A DNA stretch of 64,000 bases from Candidatus Moraniibacteriota bacterium (lineage in GTDB: Bacteria > Patescibacteriota > Minisyncoccia > Moranbacterales > UBA1568), in NCBI GenBank assembly GCA_016699385.1, contig CP064974.1, positions 954,617 through 1,018,616 of the forward strand, read 5' to 3'. Below, one piece after another: positions 9,025 to 17,707 of this stretch. The notes under the pieces were generated by a model that was given only the letters and a program-made list of their open reading frames with translations, searched no databases and had not been told where the DNA came from. The position numbers were made by a program, and so were the translations under genes. Position 1 is the stretch's first letter; the number at the start of each line of letters is the position of its first letter.

Positions 9025-10845
9025 ATGCGAGTCCCCTTTCTCTCCTCTTTGGGAGGAGAACAGAACGAAATATTGGAAAGTGAAGCGCTCTACCAGCGTG
9101 GCATAGCGCGTATTCGAGATCTTATCGCGCCGTCCGCTATCAAGGTAAGCGCGAATTCGTTGCAATCCGGTGAGACGCTTGTGCGGACACATTTCATTAT
9201 TGCTTATCCACGATATCTCAATACTAACTGGTTTTCACCGGTTGTGAATTTGGACTTTCCTATGGATACCGCGATGTTTGTGCATCCAATCGACACGCGA
9301 GATATATTGCGCAATCTCCTGAAGTCGGCGACACGCGTTGAGTCATCCATTCAAATAGAATCGGAGGCGGGAAAAGTTCGCAGTCCCGTGCTCGAGACAG
9401 CACTTCATGATATCGAGGAATTGCGCGATCGACTTCAGCAAGGAACAGAGAAATTTTTCCGTTTCAGTATCTATATTTCCCTCTACGCGCAGTCAATCGA
9501 AGAGCTCAATCGCATGAGTCGCTCTATCGAGGCGATGCTTGAATCCCAATTGGTCTATATCAAGCCAGCAGTCTTGCGTATGCAGCAGGGCTTTACTTCG
9601 ACCCGCCCTGTTGGCATGGATACACTCGATGTCGCGAATAATCTCAATACAGCGCCACTTTCAACGACTTTCCCCTTTGTGTCCGCCGATCTTTCTTCGA
9701 ATGACGGTATACTTTACGGCATCAATCGGCACAATAACAGCCTCATCCTCTTTGATCGGTTTAAGCTTGAGAATGCGAACATGGTGATATTTGCGAAGTC
9801 CGGCGCCGGGAAAAGTTATTTTATGAAGCTGGAAATCTTGCGATCGATGATGTTTGATACGAGCGTCATTGTGATTGATCCGGAAAATGAATACAAGCAC
9901 CTTGCCGAGACGGTAGATGGCTCGTTTATTCACATGAGCTTAAATTCCCCTTTTCATATTAACCCTTTTGATTTGCCAAAGAAGCGCGATGATCAAGAGG
10001 ACTTCGAGGGGCTCTTGCGGAGCAATATCGCAACCTTGATTGGACTCCTCCATCTCATGCTCGGCAGTGTCACTGCTGAGGAGGACTCGATACTCGATCA
10101 GGCGCTTCGCGAGACGTACGCGGTGCGTGATATTACTGGGAAAACGGATCTCTCGACGCTTACCCCATCATCATTTCCAACGATGAGTGACCTTTATGAA
10201 GTTTTGCGGAACATGGAGGGGACAGAGTCGCTGGCTGCTCGGCTGGAGAAGTATACACAAGGTATTTTCTCGGGATTTCTGAATCATTCAAGCAATATCA
10301 CCATGCAGAATCAGTTCGTGGTGTTCAATATTCGCGATTTGGAAGAAGAATTGCGCCCGATTGCCATGTATCTCATCTTGCATTATATCTGGAATGAGAT
10401 GCGCTCGGAGTTGAAACGGCGACTTGTTGTCGTGGATGAAGCATGGATTATGATGCAAAACGACGATGCAGCGAGCTTTCTCTTCGGTATTGCGAAGCGC
10501 GCGCGAAAATACTATTGCGGACTTACAACCATCACGCAGGACATCAGCGACTTCATGGGTTCGAGGTATGGAAAGCCAATCGTGACCAACTCGTCGCTTC
10601 AGCTTTTGCTCCGTCAGTCGCCAGCGTCAATTGATGTGGTGACAGAGACCTTCTATCTGACGGATCATGAGAAATTCTTGCTTTTGGAGAGCGCTGTTGG
10701 TGAGGGCATTTTCTTTGCCGGATCGAAACACGTCGCAATCAAAGTGGTGGCATCGTATAGTGAAGACCAGATTATTACCTCGAATCCAGAACAACTCGTA
10801 GAAATAGAGGCAGCGAAGCGCGAATTTGACGAACAAGGTGGTTGA
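9025..10845 (+). CDS. virB4: VirB4/TrsE/PrgJ-family conjugal-transfer-type ATPase (central and C-terminal ATPase part)
   Basis: Walker A VIFAKSGAGKSYFMK; Walker B-like LVVVDEAWIMM. Also IAPSAIKVSANSLQSGETLVRTHFIIAYPRYLNTNWFSPVVNLD and the C-terminal TTITQDISDF, all typical VirB4/CagE/TrbE. Confidence 0.85.
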   Translation: MRVPFLSSLGGEQNEILESEALYQRGIARIRDLIAPSAIKVSANSLQSGETLVRTHFIIAYPRYLNTNWFSPVVNLDFPMDTAMFVHPIDTRDILRNLLKSATRVESSIQIESEAGKVRSPVLETALHDIEELRDRLQQGTEKFFRFSIYISLYAQSIEELNRMSRSIEAMLESQLVYIKPAVLRMQQGFTSTRPVGMDTLDVANNLNTAPLSTTFPFVSADLSSNDGILYGINRHNNSLILFDRFKLENANMVIFAKSGAGKSYFMKLEILRSMMFDTSVIVIDPENEYKHLAETVDGSFIHMSLNSPFHINPFDLPKKRDDQEDFEGLLRSNIATLIGLLHLMLGSVTAEEDSILDQALRETYAVRDITGKTDLSTLTPSSFPTMSDLYEVLRNMEGTESLAARLEKYTQGIFSGFLNHSSNITMQNQFVVFNIRDLEEELRPIAMYLILHYIWNEMRSELKRRLVVVDEAWIMMQNDDAASFLFGIAKRARKYYCGLTTITQDISDFMGSRYGKPIVTNSSLQLLLRQSPASIDVVTETFYLTDHEKFLLLESAVGEGIFFAGSKHVAIKVVASYSEDQIITSNPEQLVEIEAAKREFDEQGG

Positions 10846-10906
10846 AATGATGTCTACTACTTCAAAGTGAAATGAAAGAAGTGGGCATTTGCTTGTATAT
10901 ATACCT

Positions 10907-11587
10907 ATGGCAGTTGCTCGTGTTGCGGTGAATGGTCGTGATAATTTTGCTCTTGAGCAGGCTGCTAAAGAAGAGCGAATGCTTTTTCGTGAGCAGCGAG
11001 AGCGCTTGCGACAGGCACAACAACAGGCGCACATCATTCAAGAAGAGGCAACCATTTCGGAAGAAGAGGAATTTGAATCGGAGCATGTGGAAATGGGGCG
11101 TGCAGAACGAGTAAGTATTTTCTCCTACTCAGCACCGTTCATCGTTGCTTGTTTCAAAGATTTTCTCGATTTTACTGTTGTGCTGGCGCTCCCGGGAATA
11201 GCGACTGTGATAAGTATGTGTGCCGATATACTTATATTATTACTCCTTTTCTTCCCAAAACATCGGTATCGACTTACAACGAATGCTCGATTGATTATTA
11301 TAGATGCATTCATCTTGATGGGACTTATTCCTCTTGAAGGGCTTGCGTTTCCATTTAATCTTCTCCCATTTACGGTGGCAGCTGTTGGAATGATTTATAC
11401 CGTCGACAAGAAGTTTGTTGCTGCACGAAATTCGAAGCGCTTTGATCGAAAGAAAATGAACGCAAATCTTACCGGTGTTATTCGACAGGCAGCGGATAAT
11501 CGGAAAAGTTCTGATAAAAGCAGGGTATCTGAACGGATGCAGTCTACTTGGGATACTCCAGAATATGAAGCTACACTTGGAGCGTAA
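10907..11587 (+). CDS. Membrane protein with an acidic/Q-rich N-terminal region and three C-terminal TM helices. T4SS-locus component of unknown role.
   Basis: Sits right after virB4. Hydrophobic helices: FIVACFKDFLDFTVVLALPGIATVI, ILILLLLFFP, IIIDAFILMGLIPLEGLAF. No recognised motif. Confidence 0.45.
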   Translation: MAVARVAVNGRDNFALEQAAKEERMLFREQRERLRQAQQQAHIIQEEATISEEEEFESEHVEMGRAERVSIFSYSAPFIVACFKDFLDFTVVLALPGIATVISMCADILILLLLFFPKHRYRLTTNARLIIIDAFILMGLIPLEGLAFPFNLLPFTVAAVGMIYTVDKKFVAARNSKRFDRKKMNANLTGVIRQAADNRKSSDKSRVSERMQSTWDTPEYEATLGA

Positions 11588-11611
11588 AAGAGGCACTAAA
11601 GGGTATATTTT

Positions 11612-12313
11612 ATGGCACCTTCTGAAAGAAAATACCCGCTTATTCAGTCATGTTTGAATCGGCGATTTCTCGCGATGAATGCGATAATAGCGGCAAGTAT
11701 TGTGCTTGCGCTTTTCTTTCCGATTTCGGGCACAGTAGAGCGATTTGTTTTAGCATTTTCAACATATTTTCTACTTCCGGCAGTATTTGTCCGTTTGGTA
11801 TTGCGAGAGCCACTGTCGACATTTGGCTTTTCATGGGGGAAAAGAGGTATCTTCTCGAATGTCGCATTGATAGTGTTGAGCGTTTGCGTGTTTGGTATGT
11901 TTGTGTGGGGAGTGCTTGCGGGCACATCTTTTGGGCAAGCATTTCTGAATGTGTCTCGAGGAGCTCATGCGGCACTACATAGCGATTTCTGGGTGTTTCT
12001 CGGGTCCCTAGGATTTCTCGCGTGGTTTGTTTTTTTGAAAGAAGTTTTCTTTCGTGGATTTTTCTTGCTTTTCTGGAAACGATATGCGTATAGATGGAGT
12101 CTTGTAGCGCATTTCCTCCTCATTGCAGCTGTCTCTACAAAAGAGCTTCAAATATTTGCTGATTCGGGGAGTGGGGTGACGTTTCTATTTACCATTGTCT
12201 GGTCAGTCATCGCCTCAATACTTGCATTTGTGACAGAATCCGTGTTTGTGTCGTTCTTTTTCTCGTTGTTTTCTGCTATACTCATATCGGTTCTTGCGAT
12301 TTCGATATCATGA
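11612..12313 (+). CDS. Polytopic integral membrane protein (6-7 TM), function unknown
   Basis: Hydrophobic throughout. A KEVFFRGFF motif weakly recalls the CPBP/CAAX-protease motif 1 (EExxxR), but motifs 2 and 3 are not evident. Its stop overlaps the next gene's start (ATGA). Confidence 0.45.
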   Translation: MAPSERKYPLIQSCLNRRFLAMNAIIAASIVLALFFPISGTVERFVLAFSTYFLLPAVFVRLVLREPLSTFGFSWGKRGIFSNVALIVLSVCVFGMFVWGVLAGTSFGQAFLNVSRGAHAALHSDFWVFLGSLGFLAWFVFLKEVFFRGFFLLFWKRYAYRWSLVAHFLLIAAVSTKELQIFADSGSGVTFLFTIVWSVIASILAFVTESVFVSFFFSLFSAILISVLAISIS

Positions 12314-15018
12314 AACAAAAAGGCATTCTTTTTTCAAAAACATTTCTCGCTGCGATTTTTCTCGCTGCCTTTTTGGTATTTCCAAAAGGGGTTTCTGCTG
12401 ACATTACGGATGTGTTTGTCACCAATATGCCGACATTTTCCGGTACGGTTGAAAATTTCGAGCGTCGGTATCATCTCAATCTGGAGAGCTTGCAGAATCA
12501 GGGGGAAAACTTCAATGTCTCCTCACAAAAAGGACAATCTCCACAAGTATTGCTCTATTTCAGCCCCTCTGATCCGAAGCCGGGAACGGAGATGGAAGCA
12601 CGTGCCTTCCCTGAGTTTTTTGGGAATGAGAAGGATACACTGTATTACACGTGGTATATTCGTCGAAAAGGCTGTGATTTGAATAACTCTCCAAATGAAG
12701 AAACCCTGAAACTCTGCGATCGGGATTCGAGTCCAAGTAGCAATGACTGGAGAGTTGACCGATTTGGAAATAAACGGGTCATATCTGTTGAGGATTGGAA
12801 GATTGAAGCTATGCAGGCAATTGTTGCGGAAAGCTTTGACTCCACATGTTCGCTCAATGGCAGTCTTACTGATGAAGAGCGTGCAAACTGTGCGGAGAAT
12901 ATGTACAATCCCGATGCGCCAAGTCGGGTGAATCCGACGGGGAACAAGGGGAACGATCGCGATGCGGATGGCTACCGCGCGACTTATGGAGGTGATGGGA
13001 AATCGGGACAAAATTCCTATTGTTATATTCATGATTTTCAGGATGGGGAGAATTACGAATTGACCAGTGGGTGTGAGCATCTCTTTCCGAATAATTATAA
13101 GATAGATGGGAATGGACGTATCTTTCGTGACGGAAATATCGGAGAAAGTGACGATTCGTTTTCTATAGATGAAGAGCATTTCTGGCGTACTGATCCAGAG
13201 GACCCGAGCACTGCGCAAAATGGCAATAAGGATGAAGCAAATATAGCTGGTTTGGGACAAGGGACATTTAAGTGGACGTATCAACCCGAAGATAGAGTTG
13301 GCGTTGTTGTGGAGGGCGCTTCTCTTTATACAACGAAGTACGATGATTCGAGCATGATGATTATGTGGGCATTGCCCAAGAATGTCTGCGCGGTTGTTGG
13401 GAAAGGAACGAAGCAAATTACAACAAAAGGCTTTTCGAGTGATGCGACAGCACAGGTGACCATTAATACCTCGACGACGGATATTAATGACTGTCTGGAA
13501 GATAACCTTGTCGATCCGACAGAGGGCGCACAAGCAGAAAATGTCGACGTTTCTCTCTCGTATGCGCCGGATGCGCCTTCTGCGAAGCTTATTCCTTGGG
13601 GGGATGATACGACCGATGCCAAGCTGATTGCTCAGACAGGGGATATGTTGACGATCAATGCCGCTTCTTCAAATGTGGAGCAAAGCACGGCGCTTACCAA
13701 TTACACGTGGCGCGTTCAGGCGAGTAAAGACGGCACCTTCAATACTCGCTTCAGTGACGAGAATGTGTGGACGGATATTACGCGCGATCTCCAAACAGCA
13801 AAAAACATCAGTGTGCCAAGTGGTAACAATGTTTCTTCCCTTTCGATTAACCTCAATTTAAATAGTACTGTTTATACTGATGCGAAAACGAACACGCTTA
13901 TCCCTGGTTTTAGTGAATACTTTGTTGACGATGTGGCATATTTCCGTATTATGGTGAGCGCAACGACGAATTTTGCCGGTGCAGTCAGTCAGAGTGGATC
14001 AAGTTCGGTTGTTGTCAAAATCGTGGCGAACAAGTCTGTCGATGTCTACGATGTTGATACAGTGAAAGACTCGACAACCGGACTTGTGAGCGTCAAGCGG
14101 AATAGCACAGAACTCTGTAAGAGCAATACGTTCCAGCAAACCATTTGCCCTGTTTTGAACAATCAAGTGGTAGGCGTGTTCCTGTCGACGGGTGAGGGAG
14201 AAATCCGTGATTATGCGTGGACACTCAATGGTCAGGCGCTTACGTGTACATCCCGAGTGTCGGGCGAATGTGATGATACGAAGCAGGGAGCGGTTAATTT
14301 TTTCCCTATTTCTGGAAATGTGGGGGATATGTATATCGTGACGGTAGTTGCCAACAATGCTGAAACGGGAAAGTCATTCACAGTATCGCGACGCTTTCAG
14401 ATTGTGGATCCAGATTTTGACATTGTTTCGACTGATACTGAGGCGGCCTGGCCGAAATACCTCGGTAAGTATGTCAATCTTGATGGTTCGGAGTCTGATG
14501 ATATGAGTAAGACGTCCTTTGAGGGAGTCGTGGGAGGTGTTGCGCAATTGTCCGCAATATTCCGTCCGGAAGTGCTCGGTACATTTGTCTTGAATGGTGT
14601 CAAAGCGGGTGATGATCAAAATGAAATGATCTGGTCTATTAATGGCAACCCTTTCAAGTGGAATGACACAGGTCTCTCACTTTCGCTCGACGGGAATGTC
14701 GGCGATATCTATACCGTGACGCTCTCTGGTGCCTATAATCAACCTCGCGAGCTCCGCAAAGCGCTCTATGATATCTGGCGTATTTCTCCCTTTAGCTCTG
14801 AAACGGTGCGATTTTCGAAAGAGATTCAGATTCAATTGATTGATGGGAACAACTATCTTGGTAAGACAAAATCAAATACGTTCTTTGCATCGATTCTCTC
14901 GGCAGTACCTCCATTTGTACTTTTTTCCGTCCGACTTATTCTTTCAATGGGGCTCATCCTTCTGATTATCGGTGTAGTGTTTTCATTCGCTCCGGAAACA
15001 AAGGAAGATAGGGCGTAG
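12310..15018 (+). CDS. Large (902 aa) secreted surface protein with an N-terminal signal peptide and a C-terminal TM anchor. Unknown function.
   Basis: Signal peptide MKQKGILFSKTFLAAIFLAAFLVFPKGVSAD. The mostly Thr/Ser/Asn/Asp/Gly-rich ectodomain predicts beta-rich structure. C-terminal FFASILSAVPPFVLFSVRLILSMGLILLIIGVVF followed by a short charged tail. Sits in the T4SS-like locus. Confidence 0.65.
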   Translation: MKQKGILFSKTFLAAIFLAAFLVFPKGVSADITDVFVTNMPTFSGTVENFERRYHLNLESLQNQGENFNVSSQKGQSPQVLLYFSPSDPKPGTEMEARAFPEFFGNEKDTLYYTWYIRRKGCDLNNSPNEETLKLCDRDSSPSSNDWRVDRFGNKRVISVEDWKIEAMQAIVAESFDSTCSLNGSLTDEERANCAENMYNPDAPSRVNPTGNKGNDRDADGYRATYGGDGKSGQNSYCYIHDFQDGENYELTSGCEHLFPNNYKIDGNGRIFRDGNIGESDDSFSIDEEHFWRTDPEDPSTAQNGNKDEANIAGLGQGTFKWTYQPEDRVGVVVEGASLYTTKYDDSSMMIMWALPKNVCAVVGKGTKQITTKGFSSDATAQVTINTSTTDINDCLEDNLVDPTEGAQAENVDVSLSYAPDAPSAKLIPWGDDTTDAKLIAQTGDMLTINAASSNVEQSTALTNYTWRVQASKDGTFNTRFSDENVWTDITRDLQTAKNISVPSGNNVSSLSINLNLNSTVYTDAKTNTLIPGFSEYFVDDVAYFRIMVSATTNFAGAVSQSGSSSVVVKIVANKSVDVYDVDTVKDSTTGLVSVKRNSTELCKSNTFQQTICPVLNNQVVGVFLSTGEGEIRDYAWTLNGQALTCTSRVSGECDDTKQGAVNFFPISGNVGDMYIVTVVANNAETGKSFTVSRRFQIVDPDFDIVSTDTEAAWPKYLGKYVNLDGSESDDMSKTSFEGVVGGVAQLSAIFRPEVLGTFVLNGVKAGDDQNEMIWSINGNPFKWNDTGLSLSLDGNVGDIYTVTLSGAYNQPRELRKALYDIWRISPFSSETVRFSKEIQIQLIDGNNYLGKTKSNTFFASILSAVPPFVLFSVRLILSMGLILLIIGVVFSFAPETKEDRA

Positions 15019-15132
15019 AGACGTAAGATTTTGCGTCTTTCCCTGAAGGGCAATAGAGGTGGCGTAAGGAATAGACAAAAACACAAAAGTCTGCGTATCT
15101 ACGTGAAGGACTGATGATATAAAGAACCTCGT

Positions 15133-16503
15133 ATGAAGTATCTGAAACAAATTGGGAAGATTTCTATTTTTTTACTTGGAGTCTTGGTTGTTTTCGGATT
15201 TTCTGAAAAGATGGTTTTTGGTGCGGAACCGACAACAGAAGCTGAATGTAAAGCGGTTACACCGAATGCTGGAGAATGTAGAGACGACATTGGTGTCGAC
15301 AGTTGCGCTGTTGGTGTATTGCACAAATATGGTACCTGCGGAACAGGAAAAGTCTGCTGTATTCGTTCCGGGAGTGTTGGATCAAACTGTGAAGCAAGTG
15401 GAAGAACAGGATTATGCAAAGAGAAAGATGGATGTAGTTCCTCGACTGAGGATGACCTTGGCGTTGGAAAAGACTGCCAGAAAGGAGCGCCAAATCTTCC
15501 TGATCTTACATGCTGCTCTTTAAAAAGTTCTAGTTCAAATCCAGATGTGACTTGCAATAAGCTGCAATGTGGCAATGGGATTTCTGGAACATGTATGCCG
15601 GCGTCTCCGGGTTGTGGTAATCTGACGCAGTATGGATCGTGCGGATCGAATCAACAGGGCGGATCTGTGTGTTGCATTCCAAAAGATTGTTCGCCTACGA
15701 CAACACCTACGGCGAACACATCTGGCTCCACTTCTCTCAACTATACCCCGCTTGAAAATTTGCCGGGGTTTGATGGGCAGAGTGGGGATTTCGCGACGTA
15801 TTTTGGGAATCTCTATAAATTGGCGCTGTGGATTGTGGGGATATCGGCACTTTTTATGCTCGTCGTAGGAGGATTTCTCTATCTTTCAAGTGCGGGGAAT
15901 ACCTCGCTTCTCGGCACTGCCAAGAAGTATATCTACTCCGCACTTATCGGGCTCGTGATTGCACTTATCTCATGGCTCCTCCTCGATACGATAAATGGCG
16001 ATTTGACGAATCTGAAACTGAGTGGACTGAATGGCGCAATTGGAACGAGCGGATCGAATTCTAGCTCTGGGGAAACACCAATAGCTGGGTCTGGGTCGGG
16101 TTGCAGTGGTGCAGAGACTCAATCCGGAGCACATTGCGAAGACGCGTCGCAAGCTGTTTCAGATGCACTTAAATGTATAGTTGACAAACTTGGAAGTAAG
16201 AAGATACAAATATCGAGCATTTCCGAAGATTCTGGAGGAAAGAGTCTGTTTACTCAATGTAGAGATAGCTATAGTCAACCTCCTTGTGAGCATACTACCA
16301 ACTCATGCCACTATGGTGGGAAAGCAAAAGCATCAAAATCATGTGCTGCTGATATATCAAATTCATATACGAGTAATGCTGGAGCTGCGTCGAAAGAAGA
16401 AATAAAGGTTGCTGCTCGTAGTTGTGGTACCCCTTTTATAAATGATGAGGGAAATCATGTACATATAAGTGTATCAGGTTGTGATTGTGATGGACATAAG
16501 TAG
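15133..16503 (+). CDS. Secreted Cys-rich protein carrying a VirB2/TrbC-like pilin hydrophobic core between Cys-rich ectodomains
   Basis: Signal peptide plus an N-terminal domain with two copies of a C-x-C...GxCGxGxVCCI motif. A central two-helix hydrophobic hairpin (YFGNLYKLALWIVGISALFMLVVGGFLYLSSAG...AKKYIYSALIGLVIALISWLLL) resembles TrbC/VirB2 pilins. The C-terminal Cys-rich domain has SCHYGGKA...AADI...EGNHVHIS, weakly reminiscent of LAS/M15-type zinc peptidase motifs (inference only). Confidence 0.5.
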   Translation: MKYLKQIGKISIFLLGVLVVFGFSEKMVFGAEPTTEAECKAVTPNAGECRDDIGVDSCAVGVLHKYGTCGTGKVCCIRSGSVGSNCEASGRTGLCKEKDGCSSSTEDDLGVGKDCQKGAPNLPDLTCCSLKSSSSNPDVTCNKLQCGNGISGTCMPASPGCGNLTQYGSCGSNQQGGSVCCIPKDCSPTTTPTANTSGSTSLNYTPLENLPGFDGQSGDFATYFGNLYKLALWIVGISALFMLVVGGFLYLSSAGNTSLLGTAKKYIYSALIGLVIALISWLLLDTINGDLTNLKLSGLNGAIGTSGSNSSSGETPIAGSGSGCSGAETQSGAHCEDASQAVSDALKCIVDKLGSKKIQISSISEDSGGKSLFTQCRDSYSQPPCEHTTNSCHYGGKAKASKSCAADISNSYTSNAGAASKEEIKVAARSCGTPFINDEGNHVHISVSGCDCDGHK

Positions 16504-16507
16504 GCGT

Positions 16508-17665
16508 ATGAAGAAATTTTTCATCATTACGGCGGTTTTGTTTGGAGTGTTGCTCTTGTTTTTCTTGATATATAATTTTCTTTTCAGAAATAATCCGCTT
16601 GATGGGAAGGTGCCAAATGTCGCGGTGATTCCAAATGAACCCAGTGCTTCTCCTCCGAAGCAGAGTGATGCGATGAAAGATCAGAAAATAGCGCCGCTTA
16701 CCGATGGCGAGGGAATTGTGCCGTTCTTTGATGCGAAAGATCGCGCAGTGTTCTATCTTGCACCAGATGAGAAAGCGCTCAAAGAAACTTTTCTCGCAAC
16801 GGGATTGCCGAAAACGGTGGTCAATTTCCCTTTCATTCCAAAGGATATCGTGTGGTCGCCAGATGGCGGGAAGGCATTGGTAAAGAAGAATGACACCGAG
16901 TGGGCGCTCTTTGTCCGGCAAAATGAAGGCGGATCGGGCGAATCAATGGTGTCTCTCTTGAAGCCCGGGATAGAGAGTCCGACATGGACGAGTCTTGGCG
17001 ATCGCATTGTCTACAAATATTTCGATGCGACGACAAAGAAGCGGACACTCAATATTGCCAATCCCGATGGTTCCGATTGGGGGATGATTGGAGAGACGCC
17101 GTTTCAGTTTCTTGAGATGCGCCCGGTGCCGAAGAGTTCGATGGTGGCGGTGTGGAATCGAGGAAATGCTTTTGAACGGACATCGCTCAAAGCATTGCCG
17201 ATTGTGGGCGGGGATATGCGAGAGATTTTTTCTGCCAACTATGGCGCGGACTACCTTTTTGCACCGAATGGCACGCGTATTCTCGTGTCCAATTCGATTG
17301 AGAAAGGAAGCTCGAGCATTTCCCTCGCACTTCTCAATGACCAAGGTGGTGAATATACCAATCTCTTTGTCCCGTCTCTTGTGGGGAAGGCGGTGTGGTC
17401 GAAGAATAGCCGGTTTGTCTACTACGCCCTTCCCGGGTCGATACCGGCGGGGAGTATTCTTCCGAATGACTACTATCGCAAACCGATTCTGACAATGGAC
17501 ACATTTTGGAAAGTGGATGTCGAGACCGGCGAGAAGTCACGCGTAGTGGATCCAAATGATATTGATCAGAGCTATGATGCCGAGAACCTTGTGCTCGATG
17601 CCGATGAAACCATGCTCTTCTTCCACAACCGACATGATGGGAAAATCTATCGAATCAATCTGTAG
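16508..17665 (+). CDS. N-terminally membrane-anchored beta-propeller protein (TolB/PD40-like repeats)
   Basis: N-terminal TM (FFIITAVLFGVLLLFFLIY). Repeated WSPDG / APNGTRIL / VWSKNSRFVYY type motifs typical of PD40 / WD40-like propeller blades. The start ATG is 4 nt after the upstream stop. Confidence 0.55.
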   Translation: MKKFFIITAVLFGVLLLFFLIYNFLFRNNPLDGKVPNVAVIPNEPSASPPKQSDAMKDQKIAPLTDGEGIVPFFDAKDRAVFYLAPDEKALKETFLATGLPKTVVNFPFIPKDIVWSPDGGKALVKKNDTEWALFVRQNEGGSGESMVSLLKPGIESPTWTSLGDRIVYKYFDATTKKRTLNIANPDGSDWGMIGETPFQFLEMRPVPKSSMVAVWNRGNAFERTSLKALPIVGGDMREIFSANYGADYLFAPNGTRILVSNSIEKGSSSISLALLNDQGGEYTNLFVPSLVGKAVWSKNSRFVYYALPGSIPAGSILPNDYYRKPILTMDTFWKVDVETGEKSRVVDPNDIDQSYDAENLVLDADETMLFFHNRHDGKIYRINL

Positions 17666-17707
17666 CACATTTGTGTTGGCGGGGTCGTTAGTTGAGAGAA
17701 AGAATTT

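Noticed and set aside
11612-12313. CPBP/CAAX intramembrane protease assignment for the 233-aa membrane protein
   Set aside because: Only a weak motif-1-like KEVFFRG is present. The FxxxH and HxxxN motifs are not identifiable. Kept as a generic membrane protein.
15530-15560. tRNA-like T-arm string GTTCAAATCC
   Set aside because: It lies in frame within CDS 15133..16503 and has no flanking acceptor or anticodon stem complementarity. No tRNA or rRNA genes were found anywhere in the window.
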